The notes: a model not told the origin generated them from the letters alone. Numbered from the stretch's first letter, positions 40,969 through 52,479 are shown. The stretch: DNA of 64,000 nt from an uncultured delta proteobacterium (GCA_963827685.1 CAWHBU010000004.1:704001-768000); one strand, 5' to 3'. Program-made: numbers and translations.

Positions 40969-41161
40969 AGTGTTTCAAGGTCAAAATTTCAGGCAATATT
41001 TATTGGTGGAGTGTTTCACTCTTCCAAAAAAGAGGTTAATATTCAATTGTTAAAGAGGTGGCAGGGTCAGATGGCTCTGCCTTTATTTTTTGGAACTTAT
41101 TCTCATGCTTGCTTTCTAATCGTAATCGTCAACCTCCAGGATGACAGTCGAGGGAAGACTT

Positions 41162-41203
41162 GTAGGTGAACTGCGCAGTCGGTTTTAGTTGTGAAATCCG
41201 GCC
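41162..41203 (+). repeat. 42-bp repeat, copy 2 (no element inserted)
   Basis: GTAGGTGAACTGCGCAGTCGGTTTTAGTTGTGAAATCCGGCC. Confidence 0.8.
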
Positions 41204-41499
41204 GCAATCCTTTCACAGATGGGTTAGAGAATTGGTTAGTTTGGCAAGGAAAACTGGCCAAGTGGAAAACTGAAGACGGCGGATTGTGGATAACCTGCGT
41301 AAATCGTGCTTTTGCGCCCGTAAAATCAAACCAAATTTGACCCTGTCAAGCGATCTCCGGAAGTGGATTATCTCATTTTTTCCCTGAAAATTATCTCCCT
41401 CCGCTACAGGCAACATCGGGGTTGACAACCTCCTCTTATTCGTTCTATTTTTAAGTCACCGGGCCCCAGAGCCCGATTCCTTTATCCGCCTACGCAGAA

Positions 41500-41705
41500 G
41501 ATCACGGCCTTTGGCCGCGGATGAATGCGTAAATCGTTGCAGAATCTATTATGAGCGGAGGTTTGGCTGCTCCGGCGGATTTCGCTGCTGGCGGATAACC
41601 CGCCGAAGCCTTGGCGCTTGCGCGCCGAAGCGCTACAGCGCCCAGGTGCGTAGGCGGGTATCTCACGGAGGTACCACGAGGCTTTGCCCGTGGAGGCTCC
41701 ATACG
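41500..41705. repeat. Nested palindromic repeat cluster
   Basis: ACCCGCC...GGCGGGT arms enclosing GCGCGCCGAAGCGCTACAGCGC; CCACGAGGCTTTGCCCGTGG. Confidence 0.6.
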
Positions 41706-41718
41706 CACCTGGAAAGAG

Positions 41719-42537
41719 ATGATCAAGATTGGGACGAGTGGTTTTTCTTTTCCGGACTGGAAGGGAACGGTTTATCCGGCAGGCATTCGGGAAAAGGATA
41801 TGTTATCCTTTTACGAAAAAGAGTTGGGGTTCAATGTCCTGGAGATCAATTTCACCTATTATACTCTTCCTTCTCAGAAGAGTCTGGCGGGAATGGCCCA
41901 AAAGACATCCGAGAGTTTTGAATTTGTGGTGAAGTCTTTTAAGGGGATGACCCATGAAATCTGGGATAAAGAGACCCGTTCGAGGATCGACAATCGGGAG
42001 ACCTTTAAGAAATTTAGATATGGCCTTGTTCCCTTGATAGAGGAGAAAAAACTCGCTTGTGTCCTGGCGCAGTTTCCTTATGGGTTTTTTCCCAATCGGG
42101 ATAATTTAGGCTACCTGGAAAGCTTCAAGGAGGAAATGATAGATACTCCCCTGGTTTTTGAATTCCGGAACCAAGCCTGGTTGAAAGAAGAGACCTTTCA
42201 ATATTTAGCGAAGAATGGGATTGGGTTTTGTGTGGTTGACGAACCCAAACTGCCCAATTTGATGTCCTACCATCCAAGGGCTACCTCGGAAATCGGCTAT
42301 TTCCGATTTCATGGCAGAAATCCCAATTGGTTCAATGTCCCGGTTAAGGTGCGGTATGATTATCATTACAGTGAGGAAGAACTGAAGGAATTCGTTCCAG
42401 GCATCAAGGATATTTCGCAGAAGACAGCAAAGACCCTAATCTTTTTTAATAACTGTTACTCCGGCTCTGCCGCTAAGAACGCCGCTCAGATGGCAAAGCT
42501 TTTAAATGCGGATTGTGGAATGCGGATTGCGGAGTAA
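41719..42537 (+). CDS. DUF72 (YecE-like) protein
   Basis: IGTSGF, EINFTYY, QFP, EFRN, YFRFHGRN, FFNN; last residues encoded by a heptamer array. Confidence 0.9.
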   Translation: MIKIGTSGFSFPDWKGTVYPAGIREKDMLSFYEKELGFNVLEINFTYYTLPSQKSLAGMAQKTSESFEFVVKSFKGMTHEIWDKETRSRIDNRETFKKFRYGLVPLIEEKKLACVLAQFPYGFFPNRDNLGYLESFKEEMIDTPLVFEFRNQAWLKEETFQYLAKNGIGFCVVDEPKLPNLMSYHPRATSEIGYFRFHGRNPNWFNVPVKVRYDYHYSEEELKEFVPGIKDISQKTAKTLIFFNNCYSGSAAKNAAQMAKLLNADCGMRIAE

Positions 42538-42610
42538 TAATTCTGAAATTCAAAACCAAATGCCAGGCAGTGAATTAAGATTCCGAAATCCGAAATCCGC
42601 AATCCGAAAT
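42505..42610. repeat. Gene-less inverted heptamer array pair
   Basis: (AATGCGG/ATTGCGG)x4, ~50 bp spacer, (CCGAAAT/CCGCAAT)x4. Confidence 0.9.
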
Positions 42611-42626
42611 AGGAAGGGGAGGAAGC

Positions 42627-43004
42627 GTGATCGAGATCGATTTTAAGAAAGGGGATGGACTCATCCCGGTCATCATCCAGGATGCCTCCACCAATGAGGT
42701 CCTGATGTTAAGCTACATGAGTCGAGAATCGTGGAAAAAGACGCTGGAAACGAAGAAGGCGTCCTTCTGGTCAAGGTCTCGCAAAAGAATTTGGGTCAAG
42801 GGAGAGACCTCCGGAAATTTTCAGGAAATTAAAGAGATTTATCTCGATTGTGATGGAGATACCCTCCTGCTCAAAGTAGATCAGATTGGAGGAGCGGCCT
42901 GCCATACCGGTTTTCGGAGTTGCTTCCATCGACAATTGGTAAAAGGAAAATGGAAGGTTATCGGAAGGAGAATCTTTGATCCGAAGGAGGTATATGGAAA
43001 GTGA
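42627..43004 (+). CDS. hisI: Phosphoribosyl-AMP cyclohydrolase
   Basis: SRSR..W.KGETSG, DCDGD, ACHTG..SCF. Confidence 0.96.
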   Translation: MIEIDFKKGDGLIPVIIQDASTNEVLMLSYMSRESWKKTLETKKASFWSRSRKRIWVKGETSGNFQEIKEIYLDCDGDTLLLKVDQIGGAACHTGFRSCFHRQLVKGKWKVIGRRIFDPKEVYGK

Positions 43005-43873
43005 AAATGCTGAAGGTTGGAATTCCAAAAGGGAGTCTGGAGAATGCCACCATTGAGCTTTTTAATAGGGCGGGATGGAAGATCACGGTGAGTTCTCGAA
43101 GTTATTTTCCCGTGGTGGATGATGACGAAATTCGCTGTACCTTGGCCAGGGCCCAGGAGATGTCAAGGTTTGTGGAGACAGGGACCTTGGATGTGGGGCT
43201 GACCGGGAAGGATTGGATTTTAGAAAATGGCTCCGACGTCGTGGTCGTTCAGGATTTGATCTACTCCAAGACCAGCCCTTCTCCTGCTCGATGGGTTTTG
43301 GTCGTAGCCGAGGATTCTCCCGTCCGTCAACTTAAGGATTTGAGAGGGAAAAAGATCTTCACCGAACTCGTCAATTTTACCAAGCGGTACTTTGCGGAGC
43401 GAAACATCAAGGTGGATGTGGAGTTTTCATGGGGGGCCACAGAGGGAAAGGTGATTGAGGGATTGTGCGATGCGATTGTGGAGGTCACAGAAACGGGGAG
43501 TACTTTAAAGGCGAACGGCCTCCGCATCGTGGAAGAATTGATGCAGACCAATACGCAGCTGATTGCCAATCGGACGTCCTATCAAGATCCGTGGAAAAGG
43601 GAAAAGATTGAGCAGATCTCGCTTCTTCTTCAGGGAGCCCTCCGAGCGGAGGGAATGGTGGGGCTCAAGATGAACGTATCGGCCAATGAGCTCAAGAGCG
43701 TGATGGAGATCCTTCCCAGCATCACCGGCCCCACGATTTCAAACCTTTTTCAGAGCGATTGGTTTGCTATCGAGGTCATGGTTTCGGAAAAGGTGGTGAG
43801 GGAACTCATCCCGCAGCTGTTAAAGCGGGGAGCAGTGGGGATCATCGAATATCCCCTCAATAAAGTCATCTAA
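43001..43873 (+). CDS. hisG: ATP phosphoribosyltransferase (long form)
   Basis: [29 protein letters not shown]; C-terminal regulatory domain. Confidence 0.96.
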   Translation: MKMLKVGIPKGSLENATIELFNRAGWKITVSSRSYFPVVDDDEIRCTLARAQEMSRFVETGTLDVGLTGKDWILENGSDVVVVQDLIYSKTSPSPARWVLVVAEDSPVRQLKDLRGKKIFTELVNFTKRYFAERNIKVDVEFSWGATEGKVIEGLCDAIVEVTETGSTLKANGLRIVEELMQTNTQLIANRTSYQDPWKREKIEQISLLLQGALRAEGMVGLKMNVSANELKSVMEILPSITGPTISNLFQSDWFAIEVMVSEKVVRELIPQLLKRGAVGIIEYPLNKVI

Positions 43874-43886
43874 GATTAAAAAATAG

Positions 43887-43990
43887 GTTAAGGTTTAGGT
43901 TTAGGTTCAGGTTAAGGTTAAGGTTAAGGTTAAGATAAAATAATAGAAAGGCCTTCCCTCAATCTCAACCTTAGCCTCAACCTCAACCTG
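43887..43990. repeat. Inverted hexamer arrays
   Basis: (GGTTAA/GGTTTA)x8, then (CTCAAC-like)x5. Confidence 0.85.
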
Positions 43991-45260
43991 GCTGCGTGAG
44001 CAGTCCCACCACTTCCATGTGATACGTCTGGGGGAACATATCGATGAGGCCGAGCCTCTGGAGGGAATATCCCCTCTCCGAGAAGAGGCGGAGATCCCGC
44101 GCAAAGGTAGTGGGTTCGCAAGAGACATAAATGATTTTTTTAGGTTTCCATCTGACCAACTGGTCCAGGATCGTTTTGCACCCTGTTCTGGGAGGGTCGA
44201 GGACGACGAGGTCGGGTGTTTCTTTTTTCCAATTCATAGCAACATCTTCTACCCTTCCATAAACGAAATCGCAGTTATTCATCCCATTTCTTTCTGCATT
44301 GAATTGGGCATCTTCGACGGCCATCCTACTCTCTTCGATCCCCAAGACCCCCCTCGCCCGGGTGGCCAATGGGAGAGAGAGGTTTCCCACGCCGGCATAG
44401 AGGTCGAAGACCCTATCCCGCTGATTCACCTCTGAGAATTGGAGAACGGTCTGAATTAATGTTTGATTCTGTTCCGGATTGACCTGGGAAAAACTCCCCG
44501 GCGAGATTCGAAGCTTAAAAGTTGTCTCTTGATACAAAGGGATCGTAAAATTCAGAACAGGGTCACCGAAAAGATTTAGTCCACCTTTTCTCGACAGGGC
44601 GATGCCCCGCAGGATCGGCTGACTCTGAAGGAACTTCTTCATAAAACAGTCGATCCGCTGATCATAGGAATGAGCGTGAAATAGAATAAGTCCTCTCCCT
44701 TCCTCTGGGGATACATTGATTTCGATCTCTTCCATGCGTGACAAGGCGGCTAATTCCACTCGGAGTTCTTGGATGATCTGATTGACCAGAGGATGTGAGA
44801 TGGGGCAGCGGTCGATCTGCACAATCTGATGGGACCTTTCTTGATAGTAGCCGATCGCTTTTCCCCTCACCTTCAGTTGAATTCGGATCCGGTAATCATA
44901 AGGCTTAGGCGAAAGGACTACTCTGATGGTAGGAATTTCCTTCAGCCTCCCCAATCTTTTGAGGATATCCCTTAAAATCTCTTTTTTTAGCTCCCCTTGG
45001 ATCGAATAGTCGATGTGTTGCCACTGGCAGCCGCCACAACTCCCGAAGTATGGGCAGGGAGGATTCACTCTCCAAGGAGAGGGTTTGATGATTTCGACTA
45101 ACCTCGCCATGGAGTATTTCTTCTTCTCATCCATAATCTCGATCCATGCCTCATCGCCAGTCACAGTGTGAGGGACGAAGACCACTTTGCCGTGGATTCG
45201 GGCCACGCCGTACCCTTTAAAAGCTACAGACTCAATAGGGACCTGAACTTTTTTCACCAT
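43983..45260 (-). CDS. rlmD: 23S rRNA m5U1939 methyltransferase
   Basis: TRAM domain, CPYFGSCGGC, FSQVN, LDPPR, YVSC, DMFPQT.H.E. Confidence 0.88.
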   Translation of the reverse strand: MVKKVQVPIESVAFKGYGVARIHGKVVFVPHTVTGDEAWIEIMDEKKKYSMARLVEIIKPSPWRVNPPCPYFGSCGGCQWQHIDYSIQGELKKEILRDILKRLGRLKEIPTIRVVLSPKPYDYRIRIQLKVRGKAIGYYQERSHQIVQIDRCPISHPLVNQIIQELRVELAALSRMEEIEINVSPEEGRGLILFHAHSYDQRIDCFMKKFLQSQPILRGIALSRKGGLNLFGDPVLNFTIPLYQETTFKLRISPGSFSQVNPEQNQTLIQTVLQFSEVNQRDRVFDLYAGVGNLSLPLATRARGVLGIEESRMAVEDAQFNAERNGMNNCDFVYGRVEDVAMNWKKETPDLVVLDPPRTGCKTILDQLVRWKPKKIIYVSCEPTTFARDLRLFSERGYSLQRLGLIDMFPQTYHMEVVGLLTQPG

Positions 45261-45642
45261 GGTTATAAATAGCACGGTGGGGAATGATATTCAACGGATT
45301 CAAGGAGGGGAAGGAGCTGTGATTCAGACAGTAAGACTATAGACCTCAGACATTAGACTAAAGAGGAGAGTTGGCCTCAAATTGCACAGAAATGAAGACC
45401 TATCAACCGTCAGGGGAGTTAGCGCTCTCGTTATGTATGAAAGAATTTCGAAGAAGCAAAAATGGTGAGGTAATTCCTCGTATTAAAAGAGTCTGAGGTC
45501 AAACGTCTGACCTGCTATCGAACAAGTTCTTTGGCAGGTGAGGGTCCGGTGTCTGCCTTGCAGGGAAAGGATAGGATGGATTGACATCTCGTCATGATTT
45601 TGTTAGTTTTAGTCACTTAAAGGGAGAGGGAGACCGGAGAGG

Positions 45643-46497
45643 ATGACCTGGTTTAAAAAAGGTGAAGAAGAAAGAGAAGAAAAAGAGAAACGAGAAGAGC
45701 TGAAGCCCTCTGACCAGCTTTGGGTGAAATGCAACTCTTGTAATGAGATCATCTATCGGAAGGTCATCGAACGGAATCTTCAAGTTTGCCCCAAGTGCAA
45801 CTACCATTTTCAGATCCCTGCTCGGAGGAGAATCGATTGCGTCGCGGACCCCGGGACCTTCATCGAATATGATGCGAACCTTGTCTCTACCGATCCTTTA
45901 GAGTTCAAAGATTCGAAGCGATATCCCTCTCGAATCAAAGAATCCCAGGAAAAGACCGGACATAAGGATGCCATCATCTGTGGGGAGGCGAGGATTGAAG
46001 ACCAGCCAGCAATGATTGGCATTTTCGAATTCAATTTTATGGGTGGGAGTTTGGGGTCGGTGGTGGGAGAGAAGATCACTCGCTTAATCGAACGAGCCAT
46101 CGAAAAGAGATTCGGTGTGATTATCTTCTGCGCCTCGGGCGGGGCAAGGATGCAGGAGGGTATCCTCTCTTTAATGCAGATGGCAAAAACCAGCGCGGCC
46201 TTGGCTAAACTTCATCAGGCGAGAATTCCCTATATCTCGGTGTTGACTGATCCCACCACAGGCGGAGTCTCCGCCAGCATCGCCATGTTGGGCGACATCA
46301 TCATTGCGGAACCCAAGGCGATGATCGGATTCGCAGGGCCCAGGGTGATTAAGGAGACGATTCGGGCCGAGCTCCCAGAGGGATTCCAACGTGCGGAGTA
46401 TCTTCTCGAACATGGGATGGTTGACCTGATTGTGGAGCGTAAGGATCTCCGACGCACGCTCGCCTCCTTTCTGGAAATGCTCAACCCAAAGAGTTAA
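45643..46497 (+). CDS. accD: Acetyl-CoA carboxylase carboxyltransferase beta subunit
   Basis: C4 Zn finger, [24 protein letters not shown]. Confidence 0.97.
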   Translation: MTWFKKGEEEREEKEKREELKPSDQLWVKCNSCNEIIYRKVIERNLQVCPKCNYHFQIPARRRIDCVADPGTFIEYDANLVSTDPLEFKDSKRYPSRIKESQEKTGHKDAIICGEARIEDQPAMIGIFEFNFMGGSLGSVVGEKITRLIERAIEKRFGVIIFCASGGARMQEGILSLMQMAKTSAALAKLHQARIPYISVLTDPTTGGVSASIAMLGDIIIAEPKAMIGFAGPRVIKETIRAELPEGFQRAEYLLEHGMVDLIVERKDLRRTLASFLEMLNPKS

Positions 46498-46513
46498 AAG
46501 AGAGACCTGATCC

Positions 46514-47806
46514 ATGGGGCAAGACGCCTATCAAAAGTCGCTGGACTATCTTTACCGACTCGAAAAGTTTGGAATGATTTTTGGACTGACTCAGGTGGAG
46601 AGAATCCTCAACGCCATTGGAAATCCCCACAAAGAGGTTCAGGCCATCCACATCGGAGGGACAAACGGAAAAGGGTCCACCGCGGCGATGATGAGTTCGA
46701 TCCTGCAGAAGGAGGGCTACCGGGTGGGGCTATACACCTCTCCTCACCTCGTTCGATTTACGGAACGGATCAAGGTGAACGGGAAAGAGATCGAGGAAGA
46801 AGAGGTGGCCGCCCTGGCAGAATGGATGAGAAAGGAAATCGAGACGGCGGGCATCCCCCCTCCCTTTACCTTTTTCGATTTTACCACCGCCATGGCGCTT
46901 CACTATTTCAATCAGAAATTGGTGGATCTCGCCATTTTAGAGGTGGGGTTGGGAGGAAGACTTGATTCCACCAACGTGGTCGACCCCCTGATCTCCATCA
47001 TCACGAATATCGCTAAAGACCATGAGCAATATCTAGGCAAAACGATCTTGAAGATTGCCAAGGAAAAGGCGGGCATTATTAAGAAGGGAAGACCGTTGGT
47101 CACCGCTGCCACCCAACCTCAGGTGCTCCGTCTTTTTTCAAAGATCTGCCAGGGAAAAGGATCCCCTTATTTTCGCATTGGGAAAGAGTTTCTCTATGAG
47201 CGGGCAGAAGATGGGGATTTCGACTATGAAGGGATCAATCGAAAGTTGTGGGGTATCCATCTCAATCTCAAGGGGTTTCATCAGGTCATCAATGCGACCA
47301 CGGCACTTGGTGCGATGGAGGTTTTAGAAAATTTGGGGTATCGCGTCTCCACGGACGCAATGGTCGATGGGTTGAGGGAAGTGGATTGGCCGGGAAGATT
47401 GCAGATGGTTTCTTCCTCTCCCAGGGTCATCCTCGACGGCGCTCACAATCCAGCCGGAGTTCTTGCTCTGAAGGAGTCATTGAAGAAAGAGTTTCAATAC
47501 CGGCACCTCATCCTTCTCATTGGAATCATGAAGGACAAGGATGTCCGATCCATGCTTCATCTTCTGGCTCCCATGGCTGATACTATCATCCTCACCAAAC
47601 CCCATACGGACCGCGCCGCTCCTCCCTCTTTGCTCAAAAAGGCATTGGGACAGAATGGGAAAAAAGCAGAGACTGCGGAAAACCTTCAAGAGGCGATCGA
47701 GAGAGGTCTCTCGCTGACCCAAGAAGAAGACCTCCTCTGCGTTACCGGGTCCCTCTACACCGTTGGAGAAGCCGGGGCCTATTTTCATCCCGAGAAGGGA
47801 TCATGA
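46514..47806 (+). CDS. folC: Folylpolyglutamate/dihydrofolate synthase
   Basis: GTNGKGS, YTSPHL, EVGLGGRLDSTN, LDGAHN. Confidence 0.97.
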   Translation: MGQDAYQKSLDYLYRLEKFGMIFGLTQVERILNAIGNPHKEVQAIHIGGTNGKGSTAAMMSSILQKEGYRVGLYTSPHLVRFTERIKVNGKEIEEEEVAALAEWMRKEIETAGIPPPFTFFDFTTAMALHYFNQKLVDLAILEVGLGGRLDSTNVVDPLISIITNIAKDHEQYLGKTILKIAKEKAGIIKKGRPLVTAATQPQVLRLFSKICQGKGSPYFRIGKEFLYERAEDGDFDYEGINRKLWGIHLNLKGFHQVINATTALGAMEVLENLGYRVSTDAMVDGLREVDWPGRLQMVSSSPRVILDGAHNPAGVLALKESLKKEFQYRHLILLIGIMKDKDVRSMLHLLAPMADTIILTKPHTDRAAPPSLLKKALGQNGKKAETAENLQEAIERGLSLTQEEDLLCVTGSLYTVGEAGAYFHPEKGS

Positions 47807-49992
47807 GAAATCACTGGTTCATTCTGAACTCCTTCTTTGTCCTCTTCATGGTCACTTATCCCCTTCCTATTCATGCTATCGTAGGGGAGGTGAGTGTGAT
47901 GAAAGCGGAAGGGCCTGTGGACATTGAGGCCGATGAGCTCACCTACGACAGGGAGACACAGACCTATGAGGGCCATGGACAGGTGGAACTGAACCGAGGA
48001 GATCTCTCTCTCAAGGCAGATCATGCTCGATTGAATATGGCGACCAAAGAACTGGTGGCGTGGGGAAACGTTTTATTGAGAGAAGGAGAAGATGTGATTG
48101 AATGTCAACGCCTGGAAGTCAATGTAGAGACCCGATTGGGAAAAATTCATCAGGCCAGGCTTTATTTAAAGGATCAGAATTTTCATATCACCGGCGGAGA
48201 GGTAGATAAATTAGGAGAAAATCACTATCGGATATGGGATGGTTCATTGACGACCTGCGATGCGAAACGGCCACCCTGGAAATTTACCATGAAGGAAATC
48301 GAAGTGAAAGAAATGGCTTTGGGAGGATGGGGGATTGCCAAAGGGCCCCTCTTCTACTTTGAGGATATTCCGGTTCTCTATTTTCCCTGGGGTATTTTTC
48401 CTGTGAGACAAGAAAGGCAATCCGGTTTTCTCATGCCTTCAATAGGATATTCGAGCACGTATGGTCTTGAATTGAAGAACGGTTTTTACTGGGCGTTTGC
48501 AAAGAATATGGATGCCACGCTCTTCTTAGATTACTTGGGGGATAGGGGATTCAAAGAAGGCTTGGAGTACAGTTATGCCTTCACTAAAGATACAAAGGGA
48601 CAAGCGAATTTCTACTTCATCGATGATCAGATTCTTCATAAGGATCGGTATGCTTTCTTCATTGAACACCAGCAGAAGCTTCCCTATGATTTTTATCTCA
48701 AAGGGAACGTCAATCGTGTGAGCGATCATCAATATTTTCAAGATTATAAAAATGAAGGCCTTCCCGAAACGGCCGATATGGCGGAGATTGATGCAACGAC
48801 CTTAAATCTCTTGAGATCCGTTGTTTTCGGGGGAAAGAACTGGGATCAGTTTAGCCTCTTGGTCAACAATGAGGTTTTTGATAATTTTATCCAGCCGAGC
48901 AATGACGCAACGGTTCAGAAACTTCCCCAGATCAGTTTTTTTGCCCATCCCCAATCCCTTTTCAACACTCCTTTTTTCTACAATATGACTTCGTCATACA
49001 CCAACTTCTGGCGGGAGAGGGGTGTCGAGTCGCACCGGGGAGATTTCTTTCCCACAATCGCTTATCCCGTTCGGCTTCTTAATGTGCTGAAGTTCGAGTC
49101 GGATGTCGGACTGAGAGAGACCTTTTACAGGAACTACAATGATCGAACCGGCACATTCGAGGGGTGGAAATCGAGGGAAACCCTGGAGGCGAATGCCCAG
49201 ATGTCTGCTGAGTTTTACCGGGTCTATGATGCCGAAACGTTTTCGAAGATTTCCGACCTCTTTAAGGTGTCAAAATGGATGCACACCGTCGAGCCGACCA
49301 TCAGTTATCAATATAGTCCTCCGGTGAATCAGAGTGACCTCCCCATCTACGATGGGGTGGACCGAATTCCCTATACCAATCAGATCACCTATGGGTTTAC
49401 CCAACGCCTGCTGGGAAAACCCGATACAGGAGGAGTCAATACTGGAGCCGTTGAGTATGCGAAGTTAAAAATTTTTCAAAGTTATAGCCTTAGGGATCCT
49501 TCCTGGTTTAACCCCCAGTTTATCGATGCGGAAGGAAAGAAGCGCTCCCTTTCAAATATCGAAGGACAACTGTGGTGGAATTTCGGTCCCTATGTTTCGG
49601 CTTATTGCGATACAGAGTTCAATCCCTATCGAGGAAGTTTCGATCTAATCAATTCTTCGATTGGTGCCAAAGATCGAAGAAGCGATGTGGTGAGCGTGGG
49701 CTATTCGATCACCCGAAGTACGATTAAGGAGATCAATCTCGATGCCAGGGTGAAGACAATCTCCCCTCTATACCTTTTCGGTTCATATTACTATAACCTC
49801 TTAGAGGGAACATGGGTTCTGTGGAAGTTCGGCGCAGAATATCAAACCCAGTGCTGGTCAGCGGCCTTTGTTTTGGAGAATATCAACCGGTCTCTTGATC
49901 GAAGTCTAAAACAGGAGCTGAAGTTCAGTTTCTATTTTAATCTTCTGAATATTGGTTCGGCGGGGCAAAGGCCTATTTACATGAAAATGTGA
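47803..49992 (+). CDS. lptD: LPS assembly protein LptD
   Basis: Signal peptide, OstA-like N-domain, TTC, RQSGFLMP, beta-barrel, QCWS. Confidence 0.9.
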   Translation: MRNHWFILNSFFVLFMVTYPLPIHAIVGEVSVMKAEGPVDIEADELTYDRETQTYEGHGQVELNRGDLSLKADHARLNMATKELVAWGNVLLREGEDVIECQRLEVNVETRLGKIHQARLYLKDQNFHITGGEVDKLGENHYRIWDGSLTTCDAKRPPWKFTMKEIEVKEMALGGWGIAKGPLFYFEDIPVLYFPWGIFPVRQERQSGFLMPSIGYSSTYGLELKNGFYWAFAKNMDATLFLDYLGDRGFKEGLEYSYAFTKDTKGQANFYFIDDQILHKDRYAFFIEHQQKLPYDFYLKGNVNRVSDHQYFQDYKNEGLPETADMAEIDATTLNLLRSVVFGGKNWDQFSLLVNNEVFDNFIQPSNDATVQKLPQISFFAHPQSLFNTPFFYNMTSSYTNFWRERGVESHRGDFFPTIAYPVRLLNVLKFESDVGLRETFYRNYNDRTGTFEGWKSRETLEANAQMSAEFYRVYDAETFSKISDLFKVSKWMHTVEPTISYQYSPPVNQSDLPIYDGVDRIPYTNQITYGFTQRLLGKPDTGGVNTGAVEYAKLKIFQSYSLRDPSWFNPQFIDAEGKKRSLSNIEGQLWWNFGPYVSAYCDTEFNPYRGSFDLINSSIGAKDRRSDVVSVGYSITRSTIKEINLDARVKTISPLYLFGSYYYNLLEGTWVLWKFGAEYQTQCWSAAFVLENINRSLDRSLKQELKFSFYFNLLNIGSAGQRPIYMKM

Positions 49993-50014
49993 TCAACGGT
50001 TCAGGAGGAGTGAA

Positions 50015-50743
50015 ATGAAAGGCGTTATTTTGGCGGGAGGCTTAGGGACACGACTCTACCCTTTGACAAAGGTGACCAACAAACACCTCCTTCCCGTCTA
50101 CGACAAACCGATGATTTATTACCCGATTCAGACCTTGATTAATGCGGGGATCGATGACATCTTGATTGTCACGGGCGGGAATAATGCCGGAGATTTCTTA
50201 AAGCTATTAGGGAACGGAAAAGAATTCGGGCTCAAACATATTAACTACACGTATCAAGAAGGAGAAGGGGGTATTGCAGAAGCCCTTCGGTTAGCAGAGT
50301 TCTTTGCCTCAGGAGAAAAGGTCTGTGTGGTGTTGGGAGACAACATCATCGAGAAGAACATTCGAAAGGCGGTAGGAAATTTCCGAAGGCAAAAGAAAGG
50401 GGCAAAGATATTGTTAAAGGAGGTTCCTGATCCACAACGGTTTGGAGTTGCCGAGTTGAAGGGAGATCGGATCGCTGGAATCGAAGAAAAGCCGAAGAAG
50501 CCGAAATCCCCATACGCCGTGATTGGAATCTATTTTTTTGATCGAGAGGTCTTTAACATCATCAAGACCCTTAAACCCTCTGACCGAGGGGAATTGGAGA
50601 TCACCGATGTCAACAATCGGTATATTGAAAAAGGGCTCATGACATGGGATATTTTGGAGGGGTGGTGGACCGATGCAGGGACTTTTGAGTCCTTGATTCG
50701 TGCAAACCAATTGGTTGCCGAAACGGGCGCTAACAACCTTTGA
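50015..50743 (+). CDS. rfbA: Glucose-1-phosphate thymidylyltransferase (short form)
   Basis: LAGGLGTRLYP, KHLLPVYDKPMI, RGELEITD. Confidence 0.92.
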   Translation: MKGVILAGGLGTRLYPLTKVTNKHLLPVYDKPMIYYPIQTLINAGIDDILIVTGGNNAGDFLKLLGNGKEFGLKHINYTYQEGEGGIAEALRLAEFFASGEKVCVVLGDNIIEKNIRKAVGNFRRQKKGAKILLKEVPDPQRFGVAELKGDRIAGIEEKPKKPKSPYAVIGIYFFDREVFNIIKTLKPSDRGELEITDVNNRYIEKGLMTWDILEGWWTDAGTFESLIRANQLVAETGANNL

Positions 50744-50850
50744 TCCGCCAATTCCAAATGACATAACCCCCCTTCATCCCCCCTTAAATTAAGGGGGGAA
50801 TAGAGGGGGGTTAACGTAATCTGAAATCTGGAATTGAGTTAGGGGAGGGA

Positions 50851-51309
50851 ATGATGATACACGGAGTGAGGACGAAATGTCTGCGGGTGATTCCGGATGA
50901 GCGGGGGAGGGTGATGGAGGTTCTCAGGGCGGATGATGACCTGTTTCTGAAGTTTGGTCAAGTGTATATCACCACCACCTATCCTCAGGTGGTGAAGGCC
51001 TGGCACTATCATAAGGTCCAAACCGATCACATCTGCGCCATCCAAGGGATGATCAAGCTGGTCCTGTATGATCCGCGAGAAGGTTCTCCGACCAAAGGGG
51101 AGATCGATGAATTCTTCATCGGGGTCCACAACCCTCTGCTGGTTCAAGTGCCCAATGGGATCTATCATGGATGGAAATGCATTAGCGAGGAGGAAGCCAT
51201 CATACTCAACGTTCCAACGGAGGTCTATGTTTACAGCACGCCAGATGAGTACCGTCTCCCACCTCATAGGAAGGATATTCCTTATGATTGGGCGAGAAAA
51301 GATCGATAA
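50851..51309 (+). CDS. rfbC: dTDP-4-dehydrorhamnose 3,5-epimerase
   Basis: DERG, KAWHYH cupin; position in the rfb cluster. Confidence 0.85.
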   Translation: MMIHGVRTKCLRVIPDERGRVMEVLRADDDLFLKFGQVYITTTYPQVVKAWHYHKVQTDHICAIQGMIKLVLYDPREGSPTKGEIDEFFIGVHNPLLVQVPNGIYHGWKCISEEEAIILNVPTEVYVYSTPDEYRLPPHRKDIPYDWARKDR

Positions 51310-51427
51310 CAACTGCCCGCATAGAGCAGAGGGCATAGCGCATAGCGTTCAATCTTTTTACGCCATGGGCTATGCCTGCCTACCGCAGGCAGGCGCTATG
51401 CGCCATGCAATTCGTTGATTGGAGTGA

Positions 51428-52447
51428 ATGATGAACATCTTAATCACAGGGGGTTGTGGGTTCATCGGAAGTAATTTCATCCGCTATTTTTTAAAATCCT
51501 ACCCGGATTATTCTCTGATTAATGTCGATAAATTGACCTACGCAGGAAATTTAGAAAACCTCTCCGATCTCTCGCGTTCTCCCCATTACCATTTCATCAG
51601 AGGAGACATCACGGATGCTCCTCGAGTAGAAGAACTGATCGGCAAAGGGGTGGAGGCGATCGTTAACTTCGCCGCTGAATCCCATGTGGATCGGTCGATT
51701 GAAGATCCCAGCGCCTTTATGAAAACCAATGTCTTTGGGACCTTCGTTCTTCTCGAAGCAGTGCGGAAAGTTTTCCCCAAGCAGCGGATCCGCTTTCTTC
51801 ATATTTCCACCGACGAGGTCTACGGCTCCCTCGGTGAAAGCGGAGCTTTCACCGAAGCAACCCCCTTGGCGCCCAATAGCCCTTATTCCGCGAGTAAAAC
51901 GGCTGCAGATATGTTGGTCAGGGCTTATCATCATACGTATGGGATTCCTGCCACCATCACCCGATGTTCCAATAATTATGGGCCTTATCAATTTCCTGAA
52001 AAACTGATTCCCCTGATGATTTCAAATGCCCTCGAAGATAAAGAGTTACCCATTTATGGTGATGGGATGAATGTGCGAGACTGGATCTACGTCGAAGATC
52101 ACTGTCGGGCATTAGATGTCGTGTTGCACCAGGGGAAGGAGGGAGAAGTTTATAATATAGGGGGACGAAGCGAAAAGCCAAATTTGACTGTGGCCAAGAC
52201 TATTTTGGATCGGTTGGGAAAACCTCATTCCCTGATTCGGTTTGTCACCGATCGGCCAGGCCACGATCGTCGTTATGCCATTGACTTCTCTAAAATCGAG
52301 CGAGAACTGGGTTGGAGACCTTCTGTCTCCTTTGAAGAGGGAATCAGTATGACGGTGGGATGGTACCAGGCCCATCCGGAGTGGTGGAAAAAAATAAGGA
52401 CCGGGGAGTATCTGGACTATTACAATAGGACGTATAAAGACCGTTAA
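51428..52447 (+). CDS. rfbB: dTDP-glucose 4,6-dehydratase
   Basis: GGCGFIG, AAESHVDRS, STDEVYG, YSASK, RPGHDRRY. Confidence 0.97.
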   Translation: MMNILITGGCGFIGSNFIRYFLKSYPDYSLINVDKLTYAGNLENLSDLSRSPHYHFIRGDITDAPRVEELIGKGVEAIVNFAAESHVDRSIEDPSAFMKTNVFGTFVLLEAVRKVFPKQRIRFLHISTDEVYGSLGESGAFTEATPLAPNSPYSASKTAADMLVRAYHHTYGIPATITRCSNNYGPYQFPEKLIPLMISNALEDKELPIYGDGMNVRDWIYVEDHCRALDVVLHQGKEGEVYNIGGRSEKPNLTVAKTILDRLGKPHSLIRFVTDRPGHDRRYAIDFSKIERELGWRPSVSFEEGISMTVGWYQAHPEWWKKIRTGEYLDYYNRTYKDR

Positions 52448-52479
52448 AAAGAATTGTGAATTTTGGAATTATGAATTTA

